From the NCBI GenBank assembly GCA_051294375.1, contig JBJCIZ010000282.1, positions 355,101 through 385,301 on the forward strand: a stretch of DNA of 30,201 nt, read 5' to 3'. The translations under genes and the position numbers were made by a program. The stretch is from Paraspadella gotoi. Taxonomy: Eukaryota; Animalia; Chaetognatha. A model generated the notes under the pieces. It did no database searches, was not told where the DNA came from, and saw nothing but the letters and a program-made list of their open reading frames with translations. Positions 1 to 9,376 of the stretch are shown one piece after another. Each line of letters begins with the position of its first letter. The first letter of the stretch is position 1.

Positions 1-947
1 CCTTATTTGGAAGTATTTTTAGAATTGTTTACTTTACAAACCTCTCGATATTTTCTCACTTCCTCGTGGCAACTCCCGACCTCCGAGCAAATTATTTTCA
101 TCCTTCGAATTTTTTTAAACTTTGCATTCTACCCCCTCTCGACAACTCGTTTTACTATTTACCCATCTTCACCGGGTAATCATGGATTTAATCAAGTAAG
201 TCCATCGTGAACATAAAGAACGAGTACCAGTAATCAGAGAAACATGCGGAATTGAAAATAATATTAAAATCGTAAAATAATTATTCACCGAGAAATATAC
301 TTTTCTCGAACGTAAACAAAATGACATTGTTTCCACTGGAGTTCACTCGAACTCTAAATTTAGGGAACCGTATTTAGAATTGATCATGGAGAAGTTTCAA
401 AAAAAAAATAATAACATTGTCATGATCGATAATTAATTCTACTGGCTCCTGAAGGAATATAAAAGAAAATAATAATTCCTTGACTATTATTGAGTTGTCG
501 GAATACAAACGAAAAGGGGAAGACCACGAATGAACTGTTAACAAATGATTTTGTAACAATAATTTCAAAAAGAAAATTTATTCATTTCACTGCCAGAAAC
601 AAATTCGTCGATAGCCTTAAATTTCTCATATCATTACTTATTGACGAGAATTTGTTTTCGTTACATAACGTATACAAGGCCATCAGTACTAAATGTATTT
701 TTATTCAAAAAAAGATCAGAATAATAATTCCATCGTGTAATCACGAAAACGTTGTTCTATCTGACTCGATAGAACGGAAAAGACTAAATGAACTCTCCTG
801 GACTTATATCAACAACATGAAATAACACGTACAAGACTCAAACGTAATAATCAAGATTATTTGGCAATATTATGGAGCATATTAATTTGCAAGATTTTGA
901 CTGGATCATGGTATTAATTTTAGTTATATTTTACTTATTCATTTTAG

Positions 948-1703
948 CTCACCCAAACTCGTGTTTAACGCCTGCCGGCGTTGTCGGGGCTACCACGCCC
1001 CAGCTGCACGCCTTGTGTGCAGCTATCTGGCTGGTTGCCTCGGCACAGTGCTCCGGGAGGTGCACTTTAACTCGAATGGAAATGGAGGCATCATCAACGT
1101 GGCGCAGCTGGTTCCCAGCTGCGTCTTGCCTCCTCCCAGCCCGCAACCTGCACTCCCGGACGATTCCGCGGTGGCGGAGGCGGCGTCGGTCATGGGGCAC
1201 TTTTCCCCACCCTCACAGCGTTCGCCGTGCTCCTCTCCGCCCTTGGCGAAGTCACCTTCAAGTGTTTTCCCAACGTCCGAAGGATTCCTCGGACGACGCC
1301 CATCCTTCCCCGTCCGCGTGGCACCCAATTTGTCGCCATCTTGCGCGGCGGTCAGAGACTCCTTACCTAGAGCGGCGTCCGCTCCCCTGGATTACGATGG
1401 CGTTGCCGGCGAAATCCTCCGCCGGCCCAGAATCAGAGAATGACCCGGAACCTGACTCTCCAGTCTAGGAGAGATCTCGTTCCGGGTCGCCGTCAGCGCC
1501 GGGATCTCCCGGGTCAGAGAGATCCCGTTCCGGATCTCCATCCCCGGCGTCGTCATCTCCTCGGGATTCTCCGAGGAGTCCTCCGTCATCTCCGCAATCA
1601 GAGCGATCTGGTTCGGAGGAGCCGTCATCTGCCGGCGCCAGCCCGGCGCCATCTTCTCCGGCGGCTCCTGAAGATGACGCTAATGATGTTGATGACGACG
1701 ACG
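948..1703 (+). CDS. Orphan GC-rich, Ser/Pro/acidic low-complexity coding-like region with an N-terminal CxxCxxxH motif (ORF 961-1443 plus a continuation in another frame); truncated by N-gap
   Basis: Sharp GC rise at ~950 after a T-rich tract ending in AG. 160-aa ORF (CRRCRGYH...). Downstream frame reads ERSRSGSPSAPGSPGSERSRSGSPSP...DDANDVDDDD. No recognisable domain. Confidence 0.35.
1469..1545 (+). repeat. Imperfect 48-bp-period coding repeat (ERSRSGSP x2)
   Basis: gagagatctcgttccgggtcgcc at 1469 and gagagatcccgttccggatctcc at 1517. Confidence 0.6.
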
Positions 1704-2376
1704 NNNNNNNNNNNNNNNNNNNNNNNNNNNNNNNNNNNNNNNNNNNNNNNNNNNNNNNNNNNNNNNNNNNNNNNNNNNNNNNNNNNNNNNNNNNNNNNNN
1801 NNNNNNNNNNNNNNNNNNNNNNNNNNNNNNNNNNNNNNNNNNNNNNNNNNNNNNNNNNNNNNNNNNNNNNNNNNNNNNNNNNNNNNNNNNNNNNNNNNNN
1901 NNNNNNNNNNNNNNNNNNNNNNNNNNNNNNNNNNNNNNNNNNNNNNNNNNNNNNNNNNNNNNNNNNNNNNNNNNNNNNNNNNNNNNNNNNNNNNNNNNNN
2001 NNNNNNNNNNNNNNNNNNNNNNNNNNNNNNNNNNNNNNNNNNNNNNNNNNNNNNNNNNNNNNNNNNNNNNNNNNNNNNNNNNNNNNNNNNNNNNNNNNNN
2101 NNNNNNNNNNNNNNNNNNNNNNNNNNNNNNNNNNNNNNNNNNNNNNNNNNNNNNNNNNNNNNNNNNNNNNNNNNNNNNNNNNNNNNNNNNNNNNNNNNNN
2201 NNNNNNNNNNNNNNNNNNNNNNNNNNNNNNNNNNNNNNNNNNNNNNNNNNNNNNNNNNNNNNNNNNNNNNNNNNNNNNNNNNNNNNNNNNNNNNNNNNNN
2301 NNNNNNNNNNNNNNNNNNNNNNNNNNNNNNNNNNNNNNNNNNNNNNNNNNNNNNNNNNNNNNNNNNNNNNNNNNNN
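1704..2376. other. Assembly gap (N run)
   Basis: Run of N. Smaller gaps lie at ~5540-5564 and 6713-6722. Confidence 0.99.
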
Positions 2377-2404
2377 ACTGTTAAAAATAGATTAATAATC
2401 ACAT

Positions 2405-4278
2405 TTACAACACCTTTCGACTTGAATCGTCCAAATAAAAGTCTGTTAATTTCGAGGGCAGCTTCCTCGATCGAGTCGAGCGCCTAGCAACAGCTTCCCT
2501 AGCGCTCAAATGATGATCAATAACTTCGTCGTCCGATCCAGAATCCTTTTCGGTCTTGTCGTCGAACGGTTCCTCTTGTTAATCCGTTTCCATGGTGATG
2601 GCTCTCTCGACGACTGGGCGCAAATGATTTGCATGAGTCACCCGTTCCTTGCCAGACTTTACGTCTCAAATGACGTAATTCACATCGGACAACTTTTTAG
2701 TAATTTCAAAAGTGGAATCAAAATATTTAGGAGCAAATGCTTTAGCTTCATGGGCGGCTATCGCAAACTTTCGATAAAGAACTTTGTCACCAATATTAAA
2801 CTCAGGAATTTTAGAACGAAGATCATAATATCTTTTTGTATCGCCAGCTCATGACCCATATGTTCCATTACGGCACGGAACATTCTCGATTGCCTGTCTT
2901 GCAACCCTCGAACGGTGCCTGCAATAGTTTCTCGCGCATTTTCCATCGGATAAACAAGCGTCATCGGGACAAACATTTCACTTCCGGTGAGAATTTTAAA
3001 AGGAGAAAAAGTGGTAGAACGATTTGGCGTCGCGTTAACTGCCAATTGTGCCTTCTTCAGGCGTGTATCCCATTCAGCGCCGTCCAATCGATCACCATCA
3101 GCATCCGGTTCCATCAACATGGCAGTCACGAGACCTGAAATGGAGCGGATGTTTCTTTCGACCAAACTGTCTCCCATCGGATGGAATGGAACCGTCTTCG
3201 GCTTGTGGATGCCGAGGAGGTGATAGAAATCTTTCGCAGCGGCGCCATGAAACGTCGGTGACGCATCACTATGAAACGCGAATGGAACTCCGAAATATGC
3301 AATATAATGCTCATACAATGCAGTAAGTACTTCTTCTGCTGTAACTCCTTTTAAACCAGCGAGAATAGTTAATCCACTGAAATAATCAGTGATAATCAAG
3401 ATATAACGGAATTTGTTTATGTTAGTCTCTCTTAATGGGCCTTTAATATCAAATGCAACTCTTTCATTGAAATAACTGCAATAATCTTGTTGCAACGGGG
3501 CTTTACGGTTTTGTTGCTTTCTCCTTTGACAGATTCCGCACGAACGAATCCAGTCTTCGACGACGGCGGCCAAACCAAAAACATAATATCGACGTCGGAG
3601 AAAGTCAACCATTTTATTCTGCTCCCAATGACCTTGGTTGTCGTGCGCTAAGCGCAGCAATTCCGGAACTGCACTCTCAGGTACCACGGCCAAATTCTTA
3701 CCTTGTCCGTCCTTGTCCGTCCAAACTCGAATGATTACGTCATTACTTACCTTGAATTGGTCAAAACTTGCGTAGTACGACCTTAGTGCGGGACTTTCCT
3801 TACGCGCCTCTTTTCTTTCAGGGCGTTGACCGGTCTCTATCCAAGCCTTGAGCTTGATCAAGTCCCCATCGCTCTCTTGTAACGGCCTACACTTCCTCCA
3901 CAGATCCTGTTGGATCAAGGCGTCCCCCGATCCAGGATCAGTATCGGATGTGGATGCAGCTGCAGCTGCGTCATTAGCCCGTGTTGCAACAGGAGCAACT
4001 ACTACTACTGGAGCGACACCTTCCGACAATTCTGACCAGTCCTGTTCTGGCACAGGATTGTTTCTCGCGAAGTCAATCTGACTCAACAAATCAGGCCCAA
4101 TATTTTGCTTACCTGGTAAGTGCTTGACTTTGAAGTCTCCAAACTGGGCTAACTTATCTAGCGTTCTTATGATGAACGCTTGCGGGCGGCGACTAGACAA
4201 CATATTTGAGAGAGCAAAGTTGTCTGAATAGAGAATAAAGTTGCGTTTAGCCAGAAGATAATTATGTGTCGCTAGCAT
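2405..4278 (-). pseudogene. pol: Gypsy pol: RNase H C-terminus plus integrase (HHCC, DDE, C-terminal tail)
   Basis: ORF 2758-4278 contains YSDNFAL, HLPGKQNIGPDLLS, AHDNQGH...CGICQ, VAFDIKGP, FHSDAS, PFHPMGDSLVERNIR. After a frameshift near 2835 it continues KRYYDLRS...KLSDVNYVI...THANHLRP...RSTRSRKLP...RKVL to TAA at 2405-2407, with internal stops. Confidence 0.93.
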
Positions 4279-5508
4279 AGCCGTTGTGAGACTCTTGAAT
4301 TCGTCGACACATCAGGTCCTGTATGGACCTTACTTCCATAAAGGATGGGCCTTAACTTACCTGTGGCATCATCGACTTGAGACAGGATGTAACTGGAGTT
4401 CAGAGCACTCCAGTCAGTCGCGAGGTGGAAAGTTTTATTAAAATCTGGCAACGCCAGAACAAGATCCGAACACATTATATCCTTGAGCTCTTCGAATGCT
4501 TTTTGACAAGCGTCACTCCAATGGAACTTCCGGTCCTTTTTGGAAAGCTCATAGAGGGGTTTTGCGATGCCAGAGAAATTCGGAACAAATCTACAATAAA
4601 AATTGCAAAAAGCAACGAACGACTGAACCTCTTTTACCGTAGTCGGCGTTGGCCAATTTCGGACAGACTGAGTTTTCATGGTATCCGGTTTGATGCCATT
4701 CTCGTTTATCACGTGACCCAATAATTCAATTTCATTTTTACAGAGACTAACCTTGGAAGCCTTGGCCTTCAATCCAGCAACTTCTAGCCTAGTTAAGACC
4801 TCTTCCAAATGCACCACGTGTTCGTCGAAATCGTGATCGAAGACAATGATGTCGTCAAGGTAGGCGAGGCAGGTGGAGAAGGTGAGACCATGCAATGCCA
4901 GTTCCATCAGCTCAGTGAAGACGGCCGGCCCGCTTTGAAGACCAAATGGAAGGACGGTCCACATGTACTGACCAGCGTTTGGAACCTCAAAACATGTCAA
5001 TGGAGCTGACTCCGGTGACATTGGAATCTCATGGTACCCATAATTTAAATCAATTTTCGAAAACCAACGCATGCCAGAGATATTGTCAAACACATCTCCC
5101 ATTCTCGGGAGGCATTGCGTCCTGGGAACCGTAGACAGATTCAGTTTCCGGTAATCAATGGCAAAACGTGCATTCTCATGCACGACGCCATGTTCATCAT
5201 GTTTCTTGCACAATACCGGCCAGCTTCTGTAGCAAGATTGACTACAACGCGTGATGAGTCCATGTTCTTCTAGCTCACACGCTTTCTCTTCCGCAGCCTT
5301 CTGCTTGGCAAGCGGAAACTGACGCGGCAGATCGATTACCGTTGTCACACCTTCTTTCAATTGTAGTTTACATTCAACCAATGACGTGCGGCCAATGTCC
5401 CATTGTCCGCGGCTAATAGCTCGATATTTTCGTCTTAATACTGCCTCAACTTTTTTTTCTTTTCATCATCCAGATGAGACAAATCAATCATTCCTATAGG
5501 ATGCCCAT
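4272..5508 (-). pseudogene. pol: Gypsy pol: reverse transcriptase and RNase H N-terminus
   Basis: RFAIDYRKLN, FSKIDLNYGYHEI, LPFGL, CLAYLDDIIVF (YLDD), LLGHVI, PDFNKTFHLATDWS, RPILYGS. Confidence 0.96.
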
Positions 5509-5564
5509 TAGGCCGGAACAGGTTGAAAACTAGAAGTTCNNNNNNNNNNNNNNNNNNNNNNNNN
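5509..5564 (+). mobile_element. Terminus of a MITE-like DNA element inserted in Gypsy pol; the rest is hidden in an N-gap
   Basis: taggccggaacaggttgaaaactagaagtt (5509-5538) matches taggaccggaacaggttaaaaaactagaagtt at 28699. Pol reads ESPD|NGHPIGM across the insert. Confidence 0.7.
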
Positions 5565-6208
5565 GTCGGGCGACTCTTCACCTTCAACATCATGCTTCAT
5601 ATCGATCACAGGCTTGGAATCATCATCATCATTCACTTCCGCAACAATACAAGGTTTGGCACGCCCATCGTACTTCCTCGGTACAGTTTCATCGGCGAAC
5701 AAAACCAATTTTTAATTAACACAGGAATGGTTTTCATTGGGCGACAAACATAACGCGGAATAATGATTCCATAGCGGCGACACGCGAATTGGCAATCTAT
5801 TTCGAGCGTTTCCTCGGGCGAAATCATCGGCGACATCAACGAAAGTTATTATTTGCGAATTAGCGGGAATAACGACAGTCTCATGCAATTTTAGATTACA
5901 GTCTTGTTTAGTGGTTACCATGGCAACTCGAACTCGGTTACCCATCTCGCGTTTCTCACGATAATTTAACCATCTGCCGTTACATTGTACCGTTTGATTT
6001 TTAGTATCTAATACCATGTCAAAATCTTGCATTCCTTTTAAACCCAAAATACAAATGCCTTTCTCCTGTACTATGTGAAAGACAATGCTCCTCGGGGTGT
6101 TATTTATTTTGCAACGAATATTAACAGAGCCTACAGCCCTAAATCACCCCACCAATCCCATGACTTTACTGGCTCGCTTCGCAACGGATATTCAATATGC
6201 AATTGGTA
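5565..6208 (-). pseudogene. Gypsy aspartic protease C-terminal half and PR-RT linker, frameshifted; catalytic DTG missing
   Basis: Joined across frameshifts it reads approximately YPLRSEPVKVMGIGGGDLGAVGSVNIRCKINNTPRSIVFHIVQEKGICILGLKGMQDFDMVLD. Colinear with Gypsy 2 protease at 21654-21960. Confidence 0.8.
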
Positions 6209-6403
6209 CAGGGAAATAGAAAGAGGAGAAGATATAAAAGTCAAGGAGGAAAGGAAGCGACACAGTGAGAGGAAAAAGACGTAAGAGAGGCATGAAAAAT
6301 AGACCATCATGCTGTACAAAATTTTTTAATGTTTTATCTACTTGTAACCAAAGAATAAATAAATAAACTCAAAACTACCTTCTTCTTTCTAAAAACTTTG
6401 ATA
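6209..6403 (+). repeat. LTR-like fragment (TATA and polyA-type motifs) replacing the protease N-terminus
   Basis: AGATATAAAAG...ACTTGTAAC...AAATAAACT motif order is shared with the reverse complement of 8200-8410, and more loosely with 25670-25815. Confidence 0.5.
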
Positions 6404-6446
6404 TAGCATCATTGCAGCAAAGGGACAACTGTCGCCTAAAGTTGCT

Positions 6447-7831
6447 TTACGGGTTCTTTGGTTCTGCTGACTTCTTGAAGCGCGGTCCTCCATTTTTGGG
6501 ACGCTTCTCTGGGTGAATTTTCCAGCAATCATCTCTGCGATGCCCCGTGACGCCGCAGTGCCAACACGATCCTGCAGCACTCTTGGAGGCGGCGCTACTG
6601 GCGGCGCTGCTTCCGGATGAGCCAATGGCGTGTACGATGGCTTTGGATTCCTCAGAATATCCTTGCGTCTCATACGAACGTGCAAACGAAATGGAACGGT
6701 CCAACGTCTCGGNNNNNNNNNNCGTGCAAACGAAATGGCGCGGTCCAACGTCTCGGGGAGCATCTCCCGTACTTTGTGCCCCAGAGGTCCTCTTAGGTTC
6801 CTCATAAAAACTTCCTGCACCTTAGTTTCGATTTGCAAATTGTCGTACTCACGTCCATAGGCGCGAACGGCGAGTGTTTGGAGACGGGCGGCGTACATGA
6901 GCATAGTTTCTTCTCTTTTTTAACCGCGCTCTCCAGCTCATGACGAGCTGCTTCATCTAGCAAAGATTCCAACCGGTCGAAGAGATGGTCACGCACCTCG
7001 TCGTATGTAGCGTCCATTCCCGCGGCCTTCCGCGCTTGGATGAAGTTGGTAGCCATTGTGCGCGGAACTCCCTTCAGTAACGCTACGAACTTCCTCCTCC
7101 AAACTTTGCATCTCGCTAGTCATCACCTCCTCCTCAAAGGCGAACGCGAAGCTCCTCAAGGAATCGCCATCCTCGTACTTTGGAAACGTTGGCCAGAGCG
7201 GCGCTCTTATGGTGAAGCGACCCAGACGACTGCCCACAGGAACGACGACGGACTCCACATCGTCGTCATCCTCGTTGGCTGCGGCGGCGGCGGCGGCTGC
7301 CATCGCTATTGGTGTACGCACGGAAGTGATCGTAGTCGTAGCGGCCGTACTCGTCGTGGGCGTCGCTGGGGTGGGCGCGTCTATCTCGTCGTGACCGTCG
7401 TAGTCGGATCCGGAAACCGGCGCGGAAGAGGGAGGAGAGAGTTTAAAGGGCCACAATCGGCAGAACTGGGGCCGGTGGACGCGGAAATGGCGGCGGCGGG
7501 CGGGCGCAGAACGGTCGCCGCCGGCGACGCCGGAACTGACGCCGAAGACGTCGACGAAACTGACGGTGCTCGCTCGGGCGCGAAAGGTGACCGTCGGAAC
7601 CGAATATGAGGCGGAGCCGGAGTCTCCTCTTTAGACAAAAGTACCTGCATCGTAGCTGCAACTTGCACCTGTTGTTGTTGCATCTGCATCATCTGGCTCA
7701 TCATTTGTCCGAGAAGAGTCATCATCGTCTCCGCGGTGGGCTGTGCGCAATTGAGTCGGAGGCGGTGGCGGGGACGGCGAATCCGTTGATGACGGAGTTC
7801 CCGCCCCTGGTGGTTTCGGTTCCGGTTCCAT
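6447..7831 (-). pseudogene. gag: Gypsy gag with a CCHC zinc knuckle, several frameshifts
   Basis: Likely ATG at 7831 (MEPEPKPP...). Pro/Gln/Ala-rich N-terminus, WPTFPKYEDGDSLRSF, YAARLQTLAVRAY, PETLDRAISFAR, CWHCGVTGHRRDDC, stop at 6447. Confidence 0.85.
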
Positions 7832-8003
7832 GGGGTCGATGACGTCGGCGTGCACGAAAAACGATAACGGCGATGACGAAGGCGATTTGCGCCACAAGGG
7901 TGAGGGCGCTGAAACTCGTAGAAGTCGGGTCGTTCAGGGCTTCCAAACACCCAATGAGTTCGCTCGTCGTCGCGTTGAAGATCGCCGTCTTTTCTTTCAC
8001 CAA
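7722..8003 (-). CDS. Putative small single-pass transmembrane ORF upstream of and overlapping gag
   Basis: 19-aa hydrophobic stretch FSALTLVAQIAFVIAVIVF followed by polybasic RARRRHR. N-A-T sequon on the N-terminal side. Only a TTG start is present. Confidence 0.4.
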   Translation of the reverse strand: MVKEKTAIFNATTSELIGCLEALNDPTSTSFSALTLVAQIAFVIAVIVFRARRRHRPHGTGTETTRGGNSVINGFAVPATASDSIAHSPPRRR

Positions 8004-8093
8004 TACTTCGGAGAGAGATGTTCAACGAGACCTAGAGTCAGGCTTGCAGCAACTGTCTTGCAGCAACAGTTATCCCACCGCTGCCACCATTTG

Positions 8094-8162
8094 TAGCATC
8101 ATTGCAGCACCGGGACAACTGTCACCTAAAGTCGCTTTATGGGTTCTTTGGTTCTGCTGACT
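8094..8162 (-). repeat. Displaced duplicate of the gag/pol junction (copy of 6404-6472)
   Basis: tagcatcattgcagca..gggacaactgtc.cctaaagt.gcttta.gggttctttggttctgctgact at both sites, with about 5 mismatches in 69 bp. Confidence 0.9.
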
Positions 8163-8718
8163 CCACTGGCTCGCTAATCAATTCTTTCTCATCTCACTTC
8201 TCCTTCTTTCTTTCGTTTATATTGTGGATAAATAATAAGAAGGTTTTGGTTCAACAAAATATGACGGCAGAAATAGTTTATTTCAGTTACAAGTGTTAAA
8301 GAACACTTCACAAAATTATATGAAGGCAAAAATAGTGGAGACTAAAAATAATTATTATAAGGTTCTCTCTGATGCTTCAGAGTTATTGCTTTTATATCTT
8401 TGCTCATGTGGAGGGGGTCGAGAATCGCCCAAGTCTCCCAATTGGCGGACGGTCGCGTCAGAGACGCGGCCGTCCCCCAAACAGCTCCTTACATGTTGTC
8501 CGACGCGCGGCAACGCCTCTCTCAAAGTCCACATTTTTGTATGTCAACGACAACAAGAATCCTGACGCCTTTCTCATTTTCAATTTTATGGTCTTAAACG
8601 TCAAGATGCTAAGAGAGAGAGATGTACGTGAGCGACTGAGAATTTTGAAGACTAGGGAGAAGAAAGCGAGAAGACGAAGGGGAGGAAGAAGGCGAGACAG
8701 AGGCCTATTCCTTATATT
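8163..8718 (-). repeat. LTR-like block (CCAAT / hairpin / TATA / AATAAA), possibly the 5' LTR remnant of Gypsy 1
   Basis: Homologous in reverse to ~25380-25800. On the minus strand the order is CCAAT, GATATAAAAG, CTTGTAAC, AATAAA. Termini not defined. Confidence 0.55.
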
Positions 8719-8819
8719 TGTTACGACATATGGTTCCTCAATAAATGGTTTGTTTGGTTACGTCGGTGTAATAATCGTTAGCAAGAACGCGAGGCTCAGC
8801 GCCTGGGACCAAATTAACA
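8719..8819 (+). repeat. 101-bp short LTR-like direct repeat, copy 1
   Basis: TGTTA...TAACA termini, internal AATAAA, about 5 differences from 13068-13168. Confidence 0.85.
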
Positions 8820-9376
8820 TTAAAAACATCTGGTGAAAGAGGCGTTCTTGGGGACGACGAGTTTGGCGAGTTTGAAGGTTAGTGACGTTTTACAGCACAA
8901 AGATTTGGGCTCCACGAAAAGAGCACCGAAAAATAAAGGTGGCACTCCATGAAGAGAGTGTCAAAAACGAAAATAGAAAAAACAAAGGGACACTGAAGCG
9001 GTGTCGATCGAAAGGGAGGTTGCCCATAGAAGCGGCATCTCTTCCATAGAGAGGGCGCCCGAAGCCACGCCCTATCTCTTGAATAAATCGGGCGGAAGAG
9101 CCCGCCGGGTACGTATTTATCAATCGCTCAATCATCATTGCAATTATTGGAAATATTTATTTATTGAAGTAAATAAACTAAAAAACGGAACGGAGGCGAA
9201 ATAGAAATAAAAAACAAACCGCGCAAATTTTTTTTCATTATTGCTTTGTTGATACGTGATACTGCATTAATTATTATTCGTGTCCTAACTTGGTACTGCC
9301 TATACTGTGATTGATAGAGATAGAGAGAAAGACGGAGTGAAACAAATTGAATGAACGAAATTAAAATTGAAAATAA

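Larger units (their letters stand above)
2405..8162 (-). mobile_element. Ty3/Gypsy LTR retrotransposon 1, degenerate and rearranged
   Basis: Minus-strand order gag (CCHC)-protease-RT-RNase H-integrase, which is the Gypsy/BEL order; RT and INT sequences are Gypsy-type. Multiple frameshifts. Confidence 0.95.

Noticed and set aside
490-825. 111-aa AT-rich ORF
   Set aside because: Non-ATG start, composition matches background, no motif; it may lie in an intron or UTR.
1440-2402. Long ORFs 1440-2384 (+) and 1680-2402 (-)
   Set aside because: Their length is an artefact of translating through the N-gap.
6679-6752. ~30-bp direct repeat inside gag flanking a 10-N gap
   Set aside because: Looks like overlapping contig ends (2 mismatches) joined by a placeholder gap; gag reads continuously if the repeat is collapsed.
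7040-8160. Several plus-strand ORFs opposite gag
   Set aside because: Antisense shadows of GC-rich, low-complexity gag codons with no independent motif.
8831-8844. TGGTGAAAGAGG as a PBS (similar TGGTGAAAGA on the minus strand at ~7993-8002)
   Set aside because: I cannot match it to a known cytosolic tRNA 3' end, and it lies 11 nt from the repeat end.
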